Source: Obrimoposthia wandeli | Taxonomy: Eukaryota | Assembly (NCBI GenBank): GCA_977020255.1 | Contig: CDROCS010001491.1 | Location: forward strand, 441,500 to 498,000 | DNA length: 56,501 nucleotides | Direction of reading: 5' to 3' | Part shown: in pieces, positions 22,246-34,199 of the stretch | How the letters are laid out: the number at the start of each line of letters is the position of its first letter | How positions within the stretch are numbered: position 1 is the stretch's first letter | Made by a program: the position numbers and the translations under genes | The notes under the pieces: generated by a model | The model's database searches: none | Told to the model about the DNA's origin: nothing | Seen by the model: only the letters and a program-made list of their open reading frames with translations

Positions 22246-25200
22246 ATGTATTTCAAACAACTAATAATTTAGTATTGCCTCCAAAATGTGAATTTCCTCA
22301 TAGTGTTACATATTATAAATTTAATTCAGCTCACACAATGTGGGAAAAACTAAGTTGCACTAATATTAAAGACTATATATGATGTAATATATGCGTCTTG
22401 ATGTATACTCACTTTGTGATGTATATGAGGCTTTTAGACAAAAAGTTAAATCTGGTGATAATCATGAGGCTTTTAATTTCTATACTATTCCGGATCTTAG
22501 TTGATGTAGTGCAGTATAATCATTAACACACAAAGTAGAATTGATGCATGAACCCGAAATGTATAATCTCTTTGAAGCACATATTAGAAGAGGTATGACT
22601 TTTTTCAATAAACATTATTGTAAAACCGATGATAGTAGATCACTTCTCTATATAAATGTAAATAATTTTTACGATTGGGCTTTAAACCAACCTTTACCAC
22701 ATGTGTAATACCTTTCCGTTTACTACTATTCTATGTTTTTGATGGTGCTGAAATATTAAAAATTCCTTGGGCTATTCGGTTTTGACAAGCACCCGTTTTA
22801 AAACAATATATATATTTTAATTCAAACAAGTGGTAACTAGTGTCAATAAATTTGAATATGAATTTTATAAGTTGAAAAATAATTTTATTTACGGTAGAAC
22901 GGTTGAAAATCTTAAGAGGCGGCTTGATATTAGATTATGTAATAATTATAAACGGTTTTAAAAATTAGTTTTGAGTCCTTGGTTTAAATAATTATTTATT
23001 TAAATTTAGTTTTTATGTGGAAACAATAAATATATTTAGATGGGCCTTCCTATATCTGTCAAGATGTACTTGATCTATCTAAATTATGAATGTATAAATG
23101 ACAATATATTGAGCTTGAACGGAAAAGACAAAATTTTAATTGTAGTATTCGAATTGTAGCCATATACACAAATTCTTTTTTCCTTGAGTTTGTGTATATT
23201 AATAAGGATAAATTACTTAAAGAAATGATTAAGAATGGGTACAAGTAATTGTCCTAAAACACATCCCTTGTATTCAGAGAACTTTAAAGCTGTAATTGAA
23301 AATGTTAAAGATGAAAGTGAGGGTACTGATTATAATGAGATGGTTTTCTTAAAACGAAAATGTTTCTCACTTCAAAATAAATCAAAGGCTAAAGGTATTT
23401 CTTTAAAACAAACTAATTTAAGACATCAAGAGTAGCTCAATTGTTATGAAAATGAATAAATTATTAGTGTTAACCAGTCACATATAGCATCGGTTAACCA
23501 TCAGCTTCATACAACATTTACGTCTATAGTTGCTTTAAAATATTTTGATGATAAAATGAGATGGGTTAGTAAGAATAAAAGCCTAACTTATGGTCATTTC
23601 AGTTTAACTTAACAATTTGTAAATAAGATATATATAGATTTTGTTGTATGATTTTATATTTAATGTTGTTGTATATTATCATTTGTGTACATACACATAC
23701 GTTAGTAGTTCATGTAAGTTCAGTTGAAAATAAATAAACTTAATATAGTCACTTTGACATTAAAGGAATGTCCAGAGATATGTTCAAACCTTCAACAATT
23801 AGAGAGGGGGAAAGTCTTGTCAAGCAATACTTATTAAACAATTAGTAGCAATTGGTAAGATTATACGGCGATTTCCCTCACCATTTTTTCTATGTATGTG
23901 ATGAATAATTTGAATAAACGTATCACATATATACATGAATAAAGCGGTCAGTTTTGTAAATAAAAAGTTCAGAAATTTAAAATATATTTGGTCAAAAATG
24001 GTTTTAATTTAGCATATTCGGTTTTGCCATATAATTGGACCAATACAATAATAATTTCAATTTTAAAGTAACTGGTTTACATACTACAATTTTTACTTCA
24101 ACAAACAAATAAGTATAAAATAATAAATATGAAGATCAGATTTTTTTCCTGACCAACTACTTTAGGATAAAAGAGTAAATTTTAAAATATTATAAAACTC
24201 ATTGATTAAAAATTGTTGATTAAAAATCTTCGACAACTTCCACGTGAGATTTTTTATGATATAGAGTCATTTATTTAAATATAGATGAAGCATTTAAAAT
24301 ATCAAACAGTCCATGCTGTATGATTTTCTCTGGTGATAAATGATCTTTCTAGGCATAATTAATAGTTTCTCCCAATTTCAGTCTCTGGAGATCTTCTAAT
24401 CGAAGAACAAATTGAACTATCTCTGAACATTTTGTTTTATCAAAAGTTATTTGACAAAATGATGTGTAAGTAAAAATATTTCTCTGACAATCCAAGATCT
24501 CTTAAACTTTCAGATTATTTTCAATTTAAATACTTTCTAATATGAAGCTGCTACGTCAACTCATATACATAATCAGGTATATGTCTAATTTCAAATGATC
24601 GATTTGACGTAGCTTTGTCGCAATTATTTAACTTATTAACACTGATAATATTTGTTAAATAAAGAAATCTAAGAGATCAGTTTCAAAAAAAGATAATTTC
24701 TGATTACTACGAATATTTATTTCTCTGTATGAAATTCCTCGACTATCTTTTTGTGATTTACTCAAATAACTCTATGTTAATTAATCAAATATTCAGTCAA
24801 ATTCGGTAGAAAATGGAGATTTATTTGAGACCCAGTTTTAAATAATTTTATGATTGATCATTTGATTTATTGTCAAATCATAGTGTGACAATCGTGTCTG
24901 ACTCAATGTCCTCTTCAATATTCCCGAGTTTTGTTTGCTTTGCTGCCTTTCGGATGCATGCTGCTTTCATTTGTGTCTCTAATTTCTATATTATAAATAA
25001 AACACGCTCCAGAACATTTTAAATTATCATTTACATTAAATATATGTTATGTTCAATATTCAAAGTTTTAACACTTAACTGATTTTGGGGTCTTTGAAGA
25101 CTCCAATGGATTTTCAATTGACCATTACACTTGCATACATGTTTGATCAAACTGATTAGATTTTTTCGCGAGAATTAGTTTTTTTCAATGTATACGTAAG

Positions 25201-25827
25201 AGATATCTAAGTCATTTCTGTTAATATTCTAACTGGATAGTAAATTGTGTAGTCGTTTTTTTATTTTGGGGGTCTTAATACTCCACACAGTTATAATTAT
25301 ACGTTTTTAAAGTCATATACAAGTATATGCTCGATTATCACACTTAACTATTAACACATTCATTTTTTATAATTATATTATTCATTTCTTTCAATTTGTT
25401 AGTCTAAATATATTGATATATGTTTAAACGCCCTAATCCACAAACAACTAATAAATCTTTCGAGCAAACAAGGGTTAAATTATATATTTTAAAAAATATA
25501 TAAATTTACACTGCTGAATTAAATAAATCAGATTTAGTTATATAAACTAGCTGACTAGCAAGACAATTTTTTCATGAAAACTTTAATTTATTAAATGAGT
25601 AATAATTGAAGACTGGATTATAAGACATCTATTCAGTAATCACGCTTCTTATATCTCGTGTCACTGAAATTGTGACTATATAAACGAACTTTCTAAACAT
25701 AATTTGGCAGAGACATTCCTTTTAATCCCATTAGTCGATTTTAGTTCGTACCAACACTATAGTGCCTAAAAAGTCTACATATAGTCATTTTTAGACAGAA
25801 TGTCTTTAAAATGGCTCAAAATCACTC

Positions 25828-25997
25828 AAATTCGTGCATACTATCTCAAGGTGTAAAAATCTATTTGAGTTAGTATGTGTGATTTCGGGACATGACCTAC
25901 ATTTAGTCTTGAAATCGCGCATACTAACTCAAAGCAATAGGTCCCCCGGGGGGTACCCCTTACTGCAAAACCATTTTGGCGTTATATGCACGATTTC
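25828..25997. repeat. Four-arm alternating inverted repeat, copy 2
   Basis: Arms at 25828, 25864, 25911, 25974; arms 2 and 3 complementary at 21/23 with two G-T pairs. Confidence 0.85.
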
Positions 25998-26326
25998 AAG
26001 ACCATTTTCAAATATGGCGCTATATATCTTACCGTTTAAAACAAAAATAAGGTTACCAAAGTCTTCCTTGCGGAGTCTCATAAGAGGGGAGCCCTTCATC
26101 CGAAGACCTGGCAGCACCTTTTGCAAAGAACATATATATTTAGATTACTTTTTATAGTAAAAAGACAAACACACTAAAATCAATATATATTAAACTTTCT
26201 TATATCCTTTAGTAATTCTCTAAATAAGTTTCTGTCTCCCAAATCCTTGAATTTGAACAAATAAAATCTAATATTTGCTTTTAGGAAATTCTTCTTCAGA
26301 GTAATTATATATTCTTTTGAACATAT

Positions 26327-29302
26327 TGTTGGGGTTTCTATACGAAACTTGTACAGATCCTCTTATGTGCGGAGGGCCCCAACGTGAGTTCGAATAGAAG
26401 CAGGTCTTAAAGTTGGTCGTGGCCTACTTAGTGTTATGGTTGCCTATCTCTATTTCTTATCTGAAGGTGTTTGGTTTGACGTCTCTTAATCTGAAGAGTT
26501 TTAAAAACAACGTGTTCTAATGTAGGAAATTGTTTATTGGTAGCACACTAAACTGAACACAACAATACGTTTATGTACGTATTCTCTAAAAAGTATAATA
26601 AAAATTCCTAAGACTTCTGTAAGTCTCTACAACAAGTGGGGATGAACCACGTATCGATTTTACGGTTATGTTTGTTTTAGTCACTAGAGTCTTTACTCTA
26701 AAAATAGGGATTGATTTTAGAGAGCTGTTGCTCTAAAATTTGAGTAGCCTAAAGAGCTGAAGCTCTAAAACAGAGAATGAATTTAGGGAGCTTGTTGCTC
26801 TAAACTGTGCTGATTTGAATTTTAGCTTCAATATTGATGTTCACTTAAGTTTAGATTCCCTTACGAGACAATAGGTATACTTTATCAAAATTCCTGAAAT
26901 CCTTTTTTAAAACAATCGATTTACTATATCGAGATTAATTTCGTTTTCCAATATTTCCGTTTACTTTATTTAAATTTCGAAATTCAAAATATCCTACGAT
27001 TTCAAAATTCAATTATCTTATTATTTCTTTCACGACAACAGATTATTTTATTCGAAATATCTTATGATTTCAAAATTCAATTATCTTATTATTTCTTTCA
27101 CGACAACAGATTACTTTATTCAAAATATCTTACGATTTCAAAATTCAAATATCTTATTATTTCAATTTGTCTTCACGACAACATATTACTTTATTCAAAA
27201 TATCTTATCTTATTATTTCAATTTGTCTTCACGACAACAGATTACTTTATTCAAAATATCTTATGATCTCACAATTCAATTATCTTATTATTTCAATTTG
27301 TCTTCACGACAACAGATTACTTTATTCAAAATATCTTATGATCTCAAAATTCAATTATCTTATTATTTCGATTTGTCTTCACGACAACAGATTACTTATT
27401 TCAAAATATATTACGATTTCAAAATTCCAATATCTTATTATTTCAAAATGTCTTCACGACAACAGATTACTTTATTCAAAATATCTTATGATCTCAAAAT
27501 TCAAATATCTTATTATTTCAATTTGTCTTCACGACAACAGATTACTTTATTCAAAATATCTTATGATCTCAAAATTCAAATATCTTATTATTTCAATTTG
27601 TCTTCACGACAACAGATTACTTTATTCAAAATATCTTATGATCTCAAAATTCAAATCTTATTATTTCTTTCATTATTTCAAAATTTGTCTTCACGACAAC
27701 AGATTACTTTATTCAAAATATCTTATCTTATTATTTCAATTTGTCTTCATTACTCAAAATATCTTATGATTAAAATTCTTATTATTTCAATTTGTCTTCA
27801 CGACAACAGATTACTTTATTCAAAATATCTTATGATCTCAAAATTCAATTATCTTATTATTTCTTTCACGACAACAGATTACTTTATTCAAAATATCTTA
27901 CGATTTCAAAATTCAAATATCTTATTATTTCAATTTGTCTTCACGACAACAGATTACTTTATTCAAAATATCTTATCTTATTATTTCAATTTGTCTTCAC
28001 GACAACAGATTACTTTATTCAAAATATCTTATGATCTCAAAATTCAATTATCTTATTATTTCAATTTGTCTTCACGACAACAGATTACTTTATTCAAAAT
28101 ATCTTATGATCTCAAAATTCAATTATCTTATTATTTCTTTCACGACAACAGATTACTTTATTCAAAATATCTTACGATTTCAAAATTCCAATATCTTATT
28201 ATTTCAAAATGTCTTCACGACAACAGATTACTTTATTCAAAATATCTTATGATCTCAAAATTCAATTATCTTATTATTTCAATTTGTCTTCACGACAACA
28301 GATTACTTTATTCAAAATATCTTATGATCTCAAAATTCAATTATCTTATTATTTCAATTTGTCTTCACGACAACAGATTACTTTATTCAAAATATCTTAT
28401 GATCTCAAAATTCAATTATCTTATTATTTCGATTCTTCTGGCTCACCTCCCAATCTGCAGATAATTTCTGGCTCGTTCGGTGCCTGGTTCCGACGCTTTT
28501 TTGTCTCCTCTCGGTACTTGATCTCGGAACAGCGACTTTCTGTCCGCTGAATTGTGGTTTACGCCTTGGATAGTTGGCGTGCCTCGTTTCTGTTCTGTAC
28601 GTTTGTTTTAATGATTTCTTCTCTAACTATTTTCTTACCTCTGCTGATCGGCTTGGCGTCCGGTCTCGATCAGAAGTGAGCTTGTTTCTGGAACTATTGA
28701 ATTCCACGAGAATTTTCTTGTTACTGAATTCCAATCGGTTGGGATAGGCTGAGAATTCTGCTTTCTCTCGATCTGGAATTAGTCTCTTTGAAATATTGAT
28801 TTTTTGGGCTAATTTCCGTAGACTATATAGTCTATTTCTCTGACTCTCTTCGGTGACTTCCAATCAACGACTTATATAGTCGATATAAATCAGCTGCCTA
28901 CTGAGTTCTGGCTTTTCTAATGATTTCCCGGTGACGTGATCTGTCACTCAGTCTTCTGGTTTGCTGCGATAAGTATTTATTTCAAATAAATTAATTAAAT
29001 TTTCTCACTTCAGGAACAGCTGTCGGGACGTGGCTGCTGACGTCGACTGAATTCCGGTTTGCACTTCTTCTTTTCCTTTTTTCCAATTTTCCAATTAGTC
29101 TTCTTTTCTTGCAATAACTTGCAGAGCTATATCTTTTTTGGGGCCCTTTTGTTAGATATAAATTTCTATACATACCTACACATTTCACACGACCTTCGTG
29201 GTTCTCTAACATTTAATCTTATTTAACCCAATAATTTTAATTTTGATTTTTAAAATTTATTAAATTAAATTCTAACCTTGCTTTCAAGGATTTTCATTTT
29301 CA
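26327..29302 (-). mobile_element. Solo LTR-like element (family A, copy 2) with expanded tandem array, inserted in ORF-Y
   Basis: TG...CA ends, near-TSD ATAT/CTAT; homologous blocks with 13398-14896; the interrupted frame resumes (NFSAFIKAD...|FKRIYNYSEEEFPKS) and matches the uninterrupted copy at ~21700-21950. Confidence 0.8.
26990..28432. repeat. Tandem array of ~20 units, 75-bp consensus with 68- and 56-bp deletion variants
   Basis: ATTCAATTATCTTATTATTTCAATTTGTCTTCACGACAACAGATTACTTTATTCAAAATATCTTATGATCTCAAA. Confidence 0.97.
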
Positions 29303-29715
29303 CTATAAATTATTTAATTTTTTAATAATTTCTCCATTCCTAAATCTAACAATATGTTCATCAGCTTTAATAAAAGCACTAAAGTTTTCAACTTTGATAT
29401 CCGATTTCATTCCTTTGTAAATAGCATTAATATTATTAATGTCCGTTTGATGGATCCTCAAGATGACATAATCAAACTTGGACTTTCTTGGCATAACATA
29501 GTATTTAAATCCAAAGGCATCTTGAGGAAATTCATTGTATAACTGAAATAAGGTACAGATTCTTTAAATAGGTCTTCTTTTTCTTCTCCATTGAAAATAT
29601 CTTCTAATTCTGTATCATCAGAATCTATCGGAATTGGGTTAACTTTGGTTGTATTTAAATTTTCATTCTTCCTCTTCTTCGTGCTCTTCAAAATCGGGTT
29701 TTGTAAATTGAACAT
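29303..29715 (-). pseudogene. ORF-Y, unknown Polinton-associated protein (5' part; 3' part at ~26130-26326)
   Basis: Two overlapping minus-strand ORFs, continuation beyond the LTR, and a homologue at ~21700-21950. Confidence 0.6.
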
Positions 29716-29838
29716 GATGAATGAGAGTACACTGAAATGTTTCGATAGTTATAGTTGACTACTTGCATCTGATTGGTTGATTCTCATTGAATAACATGAA
29801 ACTATATATGTTTGTGCATCATCAATTATTATCATACA

Positions 29839-30175
29839 ATGAAAATAGTCAATATAAATTATAAAATTAACTTTAAGGGAAGTGTTAGTCACTTACCTTT
29901 TCGATCAAAGAAACATATACAATATGTTGAAAAGCCAAAGGATCATACTATAGTTATATTTCATCTAGGTATTATTATTATTACTACTATTTAGGCTCAT
30001 GCAGAATTATGGGTTGCAAACAACCAATCAAACATGTTCAAAATATAAAAATTGGATGTATTCAATCTATAAGTATCCTAGTGAATATCAACAAGAAGGT
30101 TTATTTGTATAAGATATCTATGAAAATGGGTAGAAATTGTATGTTTTAACCAGAATTGTTTCCAGCACTTGATAT
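29839..30175 (+). pseudogene. TBP-like protein, copy 3
   Basis: MKIVNINYKINF...KDHTIVIF..G|SCRIMGCK...CIQSISILVNINKKVYLYKI..GRNCMF*PELFPAL; 26-nt GT-AG intron at 29969-29994. Confidence 0.8.
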
Positions 30176-30713
30176 TTTTCATATAATGATATTTTTCTTC
30201 AAATTTTTATCGAAATATATTAATTTGAAAAATAACATACAATAGATAAATTGGAGATTAAATTCAAAAAATTAATAAGACATACTATTTATTGAGACAA
30301 ATCTACCAGTTACAAGCTCGATTTACTACTTTTGTATCATTTAATTTAAACTCGTAACTTCCATTGTATGCCTTTATAAACTTCAATGTAACAAATTCAT
30401 AGTCTGGTCTAACTAAATATCAACTGTTTATCTAAATCGAATGTTCAATAAATATCAATAATTCTATGTATACCCTATAATATTTCAATAATTTACTTAA
30501 TAACTAACGGGTGTATAATTGACATCCGCACATGGAGTTAAAACTCTGACAGTTTGATAGATCATCTTGAAATTTGAAACACGTTAAAAATTATAGATAT
30601 TAAAAAAATGCTTTAACCAATCATTTTCATCAACTTATATATTTATCACATAAAATGGAGAATTTAAATGTACAACAAAGATATGTTATAATAAAATACT
30701 TGATGAATCATTA

Positions 30714-31060
30714 TGTTGGGGTTTCTTTATGAAACTAAATCCTCGTATGGAGGCCCCCAAGAAATAGGGCTTGCAGATGGTCGTGGCCTTTTTAGGTTTT
30801 GTCCTACTTAATTCCACCTCAAGTCTGAAGGTTTTTTGGTGCTACTGTGGTGCGGTTTGTGTGCACGAGGTACTAAAAAAGTTCCCTTATTGTGGTGTGG
30901 TGTATAGAGGGGTTAGTATTAACCTGATTGTCGATGGTGATTTAAAACAACACCGCTTGATTGTAGAAAAACATTATTTTTTAGCTCACTCTAAACTATG
31001 TTTCTAAAAATTACAACAACTAATCTTATGTCACTTTACTAGCTTCACATAAAAGGGGAT
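30714..31060 (-). mobile_element. Truncated solo LTR (family A, copy 3; one terminus only)
   Basis: TGTTGGGGTTTC...ATCCTCGTATGGAGGCCCCCAA...GGGGATG, homologous to the ends of the other two copies. Confidence 0.75.
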
Positions 31061-31066
31061 GCCCTT

Positions 31067-31320
31067 ATGTTTGATATAGTTAAAGGAAAAGTCAATCTCA
31101 GTAAACATAAGTCGAAAGTTACAAAACGCAAGAAAGTATTACTTGATATTGTTAATACAAAATGTGGTTCTGGTCGAAGGAAAATAGTATTACGTCAAAA
31201 AGGAGGATTTATTGGTGCACTTTTACCGATAGTTGCAACTTTAATCGGTCCCTACTTGCTAAAGCTATTGGTTAAAGTGTATGGGAAACAACATTACCTA
31301 ATTTTGATTTTAAAATATAA
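31067..31320 (+). pseudogene. Polinton basic core-like protein with putative adenain cleavage site (5'-truncated)
   Basis: KRKKVLL...RRKIVLRQKGGFIGALLPIVATLIG. Confidence 0.7.
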
Positions 31321-31328
31321 TGTTGTAA

Positions 31329-31520
31329 TGGAAACGAGATGATACGATCCCGAAGACCGAGTTGGGTACAGCGGAGCTCTATCATCAAACACAAAGTTGA
31401 GTCAAAAGAAAACTCAATCATGACTGAGCAATCAATTGGCGTACAGTCTCAACAGACCGATGCGAAAAAGGTTCCTGACACGATCATACAAGACTAGTGG
31501 TCGTAATAATTTATAAAACA
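31329..31520 (+). pseudogene. Polinton integrase N-terminal fragment
   Basis: YDPEDRVGYSG...KTQS*LSNQLAYSLNRPMRKRF (YYDP...WL.....YTLH.P.RK.F pattern). Confidence 0.78.
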
Positions 31521-32420
31521 AAATGGAAAGACTTTTAATTTCTGTGACAAGGTTAGCGATGTCTTATATGACGGAGCACTTGTCACCGTTTTTCCTAAAA
31601 TGTTTGGTGTTAATTGTAGTCTTAATGATCGTTTTATGAATATCAATACAAATTTACTTAATTGTTTTAAAGTTATTAAACTTTTTCAAGATGCCCAAAT
31701 ATAAAACTTAGTTGAGAAAATTAACTCAATATATGGAACCCGAAAATTATATTTTAATCGTTTAGGTACATAATTTAACCTTGATGATAGGTTAGGTGAT
31801 GTCCTGTTTGATAGCGCCTTAATTAGTGGTTCTCTACCACCACCATCATGTAAACTTTATAACTATTGTACTAATAATTGTCATGATTTAAATTGTCATG
31901 ATGTAATGAAAAAAAATTATAAGTTTAAAATCGGGTACATATGTCCCTCATGTGATATATTGTTCACAAACATAAAATATTTAGATTTTTATTCAAATCA
32001 TAAAAATCACTTAACTTACTTTAATACCAAGAAATCTAATTATAAACGTAAATCATCATCATCATCATCACTTCCAAGTAATAAAGTTATAAAACTAGAA
32101 ACAATTATTAATATAATACTAGTTGATAATCTGGATAATAGTTTTAATTTCAAAATAGTTGATAGTTGGTAACGTCCTAATAGTCTAACATTTCCTCCTA
32201 ATTTTGATTTCACTACATTTTTAAATGATGATGATGAATTAGATAAGTATTAAAATGAATCTCTATATTTTAATGATTTACTTTATACACATGAAAAGCC
32301 ATTTGTTGATGAATTATATAATGATTTTGTAGCAACTGTAGACTTTGAAGCAATATCGAAAACTCAAATATGTAGTGTACTTCAAGATAATCTTATTTTG
32401 ATACTACATCTAACCAGAAT

Positions 32421-34135
32421 ATGCTAAAACTGGTTATTAATAATGATATGAAAAATGATTTATTAAATAAAATTAATGCATTTGGGCCTTGTAAAATCCA
32501 ATTTGGTATTAAAGCTCAATTTGTAAACATAGAAAACCAATTTAAAACATGGCATATTAGTTGTAAGGCTGCAGTTTTCGATGATGAGTTTATTGTTATT
32601 AGAACAGACAAGTTAAATAATTGTATTGAAAAATACTCGGAATTGAGTAGTGGTTGGTCAATCTATAAAATATTACAAATTTCTTTTAAATTAACTAAAT
32701 TATCCAGTGTTTCGGGTTCTTCATATATACCATCACCACATAAATTAATAAATAAAATGACATTAATTAATGTAAAAAAACAGCGATAATAAATGTTTAC
32801 TCTATGCTATGCTATCCTTTAAAATATAATGAAGTTCAAAATAGAGATCGAACATGTTCTTATGATCAATATTGAAATGATTTTAAATGTCAGCCAAGTC
32901 CTATGCCCTTAGCCTCAATACCTCAATTTGAATGTGATAACAAAATAGCAGTTACAGTTGTTAAGTATTCTGAAATTAAAAGTAAATACCTGATTAAAGA
33001 TGTGGTGAAAAATCCTGATGTTAGTATAATTTACCGAACAAAACTACGGGAATGTAATCAAATTGTTAATTTACCTTTGTTAGAAAACCGTAACACTTAT
33101 CATTATTGTGGTGTTCCTAATTTAAATAGATTATTTAAATGTCATAGTTATGGTTTATGCCTTTACTGGTGTCCGAAATGTCTTTTTGGTTTTCAAACTG
33201 TGGCTGCTTATGATAAACATAGAATCCATTGTAATTTTAATACTAAATCTTTATTCACTATGCTGGATAATAAATATTGTGAATTCACAGATTGGTTAAA
33301 GTCAGTTCAACCTCCTTTTGTAGTTTACGCTGATTTTGAAAGTATTTTAGAACCTGATGTGACTGTTAAACATATACATACTCCCATTTCAGTTGGAATG
33401 TTGTTGAAAAATAATGTTACTGACACAATATAATACTTTTCGTATTTCGGTTTAGATTGTGCTACCAACTTTATTGATAAATTAACGGAAATTCTTAATG
33501 AAATTGTTGCACATTTTTGGAGAAATAATGTGAATGCACGTCTTAAAATGACAAATGAAAATCAAGTAGCTTTTCAAGCGAGTCGCACATGTTACCTTTG
33601 TTATAAAATCCCTAGAAATTTAGTACGTGATCATGATCATATTTCAGGTGCATTCTTGGGTGCAGCATGTAATAAATGTAATTTATCTCGTAGATTCGGT
33701 AAGAGACCTATGTTACCAGTACTTTTTCACAACTTAATGGGTTATGATATTCATCATATTTTAAAATTTGCAAAATTAAAAGAAAAAAGTTATTCAATCA
33801 TACTCAAATCTAGTGAAAGATTCATGGCTCTCAAAATAGAATTATCAACTGGAACATTGAAATTTTTAGATTCATATCTTTTTACAACAACTAGTCTTGA
33901 AATATTGGTTAGTTATCTTTCAAGTTCACCGTATACAACAAGATATTTTAGTACTGATTTGATATCTAGTAAAGGTGTTTTTCCCTACGAATATATTTCC
34001 AGTGAATCTAAGTTGTATGAAGATAGATTACCTCCAAAATGTGAATTTCTTGATAGTGTTACAGATGATAAATATAATTCAGCTCACACAATGTGGAAAT
34101 AACTAAGTTGCACTAATATTAAAGACTATATGATG
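32421..34135 (+). pseudogene. pPolB N-terminal/exonuclease region with endonuclease-VII-like insert
   Basis: SGW..., CPKCLFGF, PFVVYADFESIL, CYLCY...VRDHDHISGAFLGAACNKCNL, VLFHNLMGYDIH, KFLDSYLF, KGVFPYEYI. Confidence 0.93.
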
Positions 34136-34199
34136 GAATATAAACTGAATATATACAAAATACATTTTGTTTACAAGTCAATTTATTGTAAACGATAGT

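Larger units (their letters stand above)
21288..23615. mobile_element. Decayed Polinton fragment (copy 2): multi-arm repeat, ORF-Y end (-), TBP-like (+), internally deleted pPolB (+)
   Basis: pPolB motifs LPPKCEF..., EAHIRRGMTFFNKH, FYKLKNNFIYGRTVENL, VLDLSKL, KAKGISL, FDDKMRWV..LTYGHF; homology to 25752-30180. Confidence 0.85.
25752..34135. mobile_element. Decayed Polinton (copy 3) with two LTR insertions
   Basis: Multi-arm repeat, ORF-Y (-), TBP-like, QKGGF core protein, integrase N-terminus, pPolB. Confidence 0.88.

Noticed and set aside
24150-24980. Decayed minus-strand coding-like stretch
   Set aside because: Many stops and no motif I can assign; left unannotated.
26714-26738. TTTTAGAG...CTCTAAAA resembling a Cas9 repeat/anti-repeat
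   Set aside because: Short AT-rich hairpin within an LTR; no array or nuclease nearby.
26990-28432. CRISPR-like appearance of regularly spaced repeats
   Set aside because: No unique spacers, no cas genes, eukaryotic context; contiguous tandem units.
27064-28550. 466-aa ORF and overlapping ORFs
   Set aside because: They are translations of the 75-bp tandem array, which is stop-poor on this strand; frames switch at indel variants; no evidence of coding.
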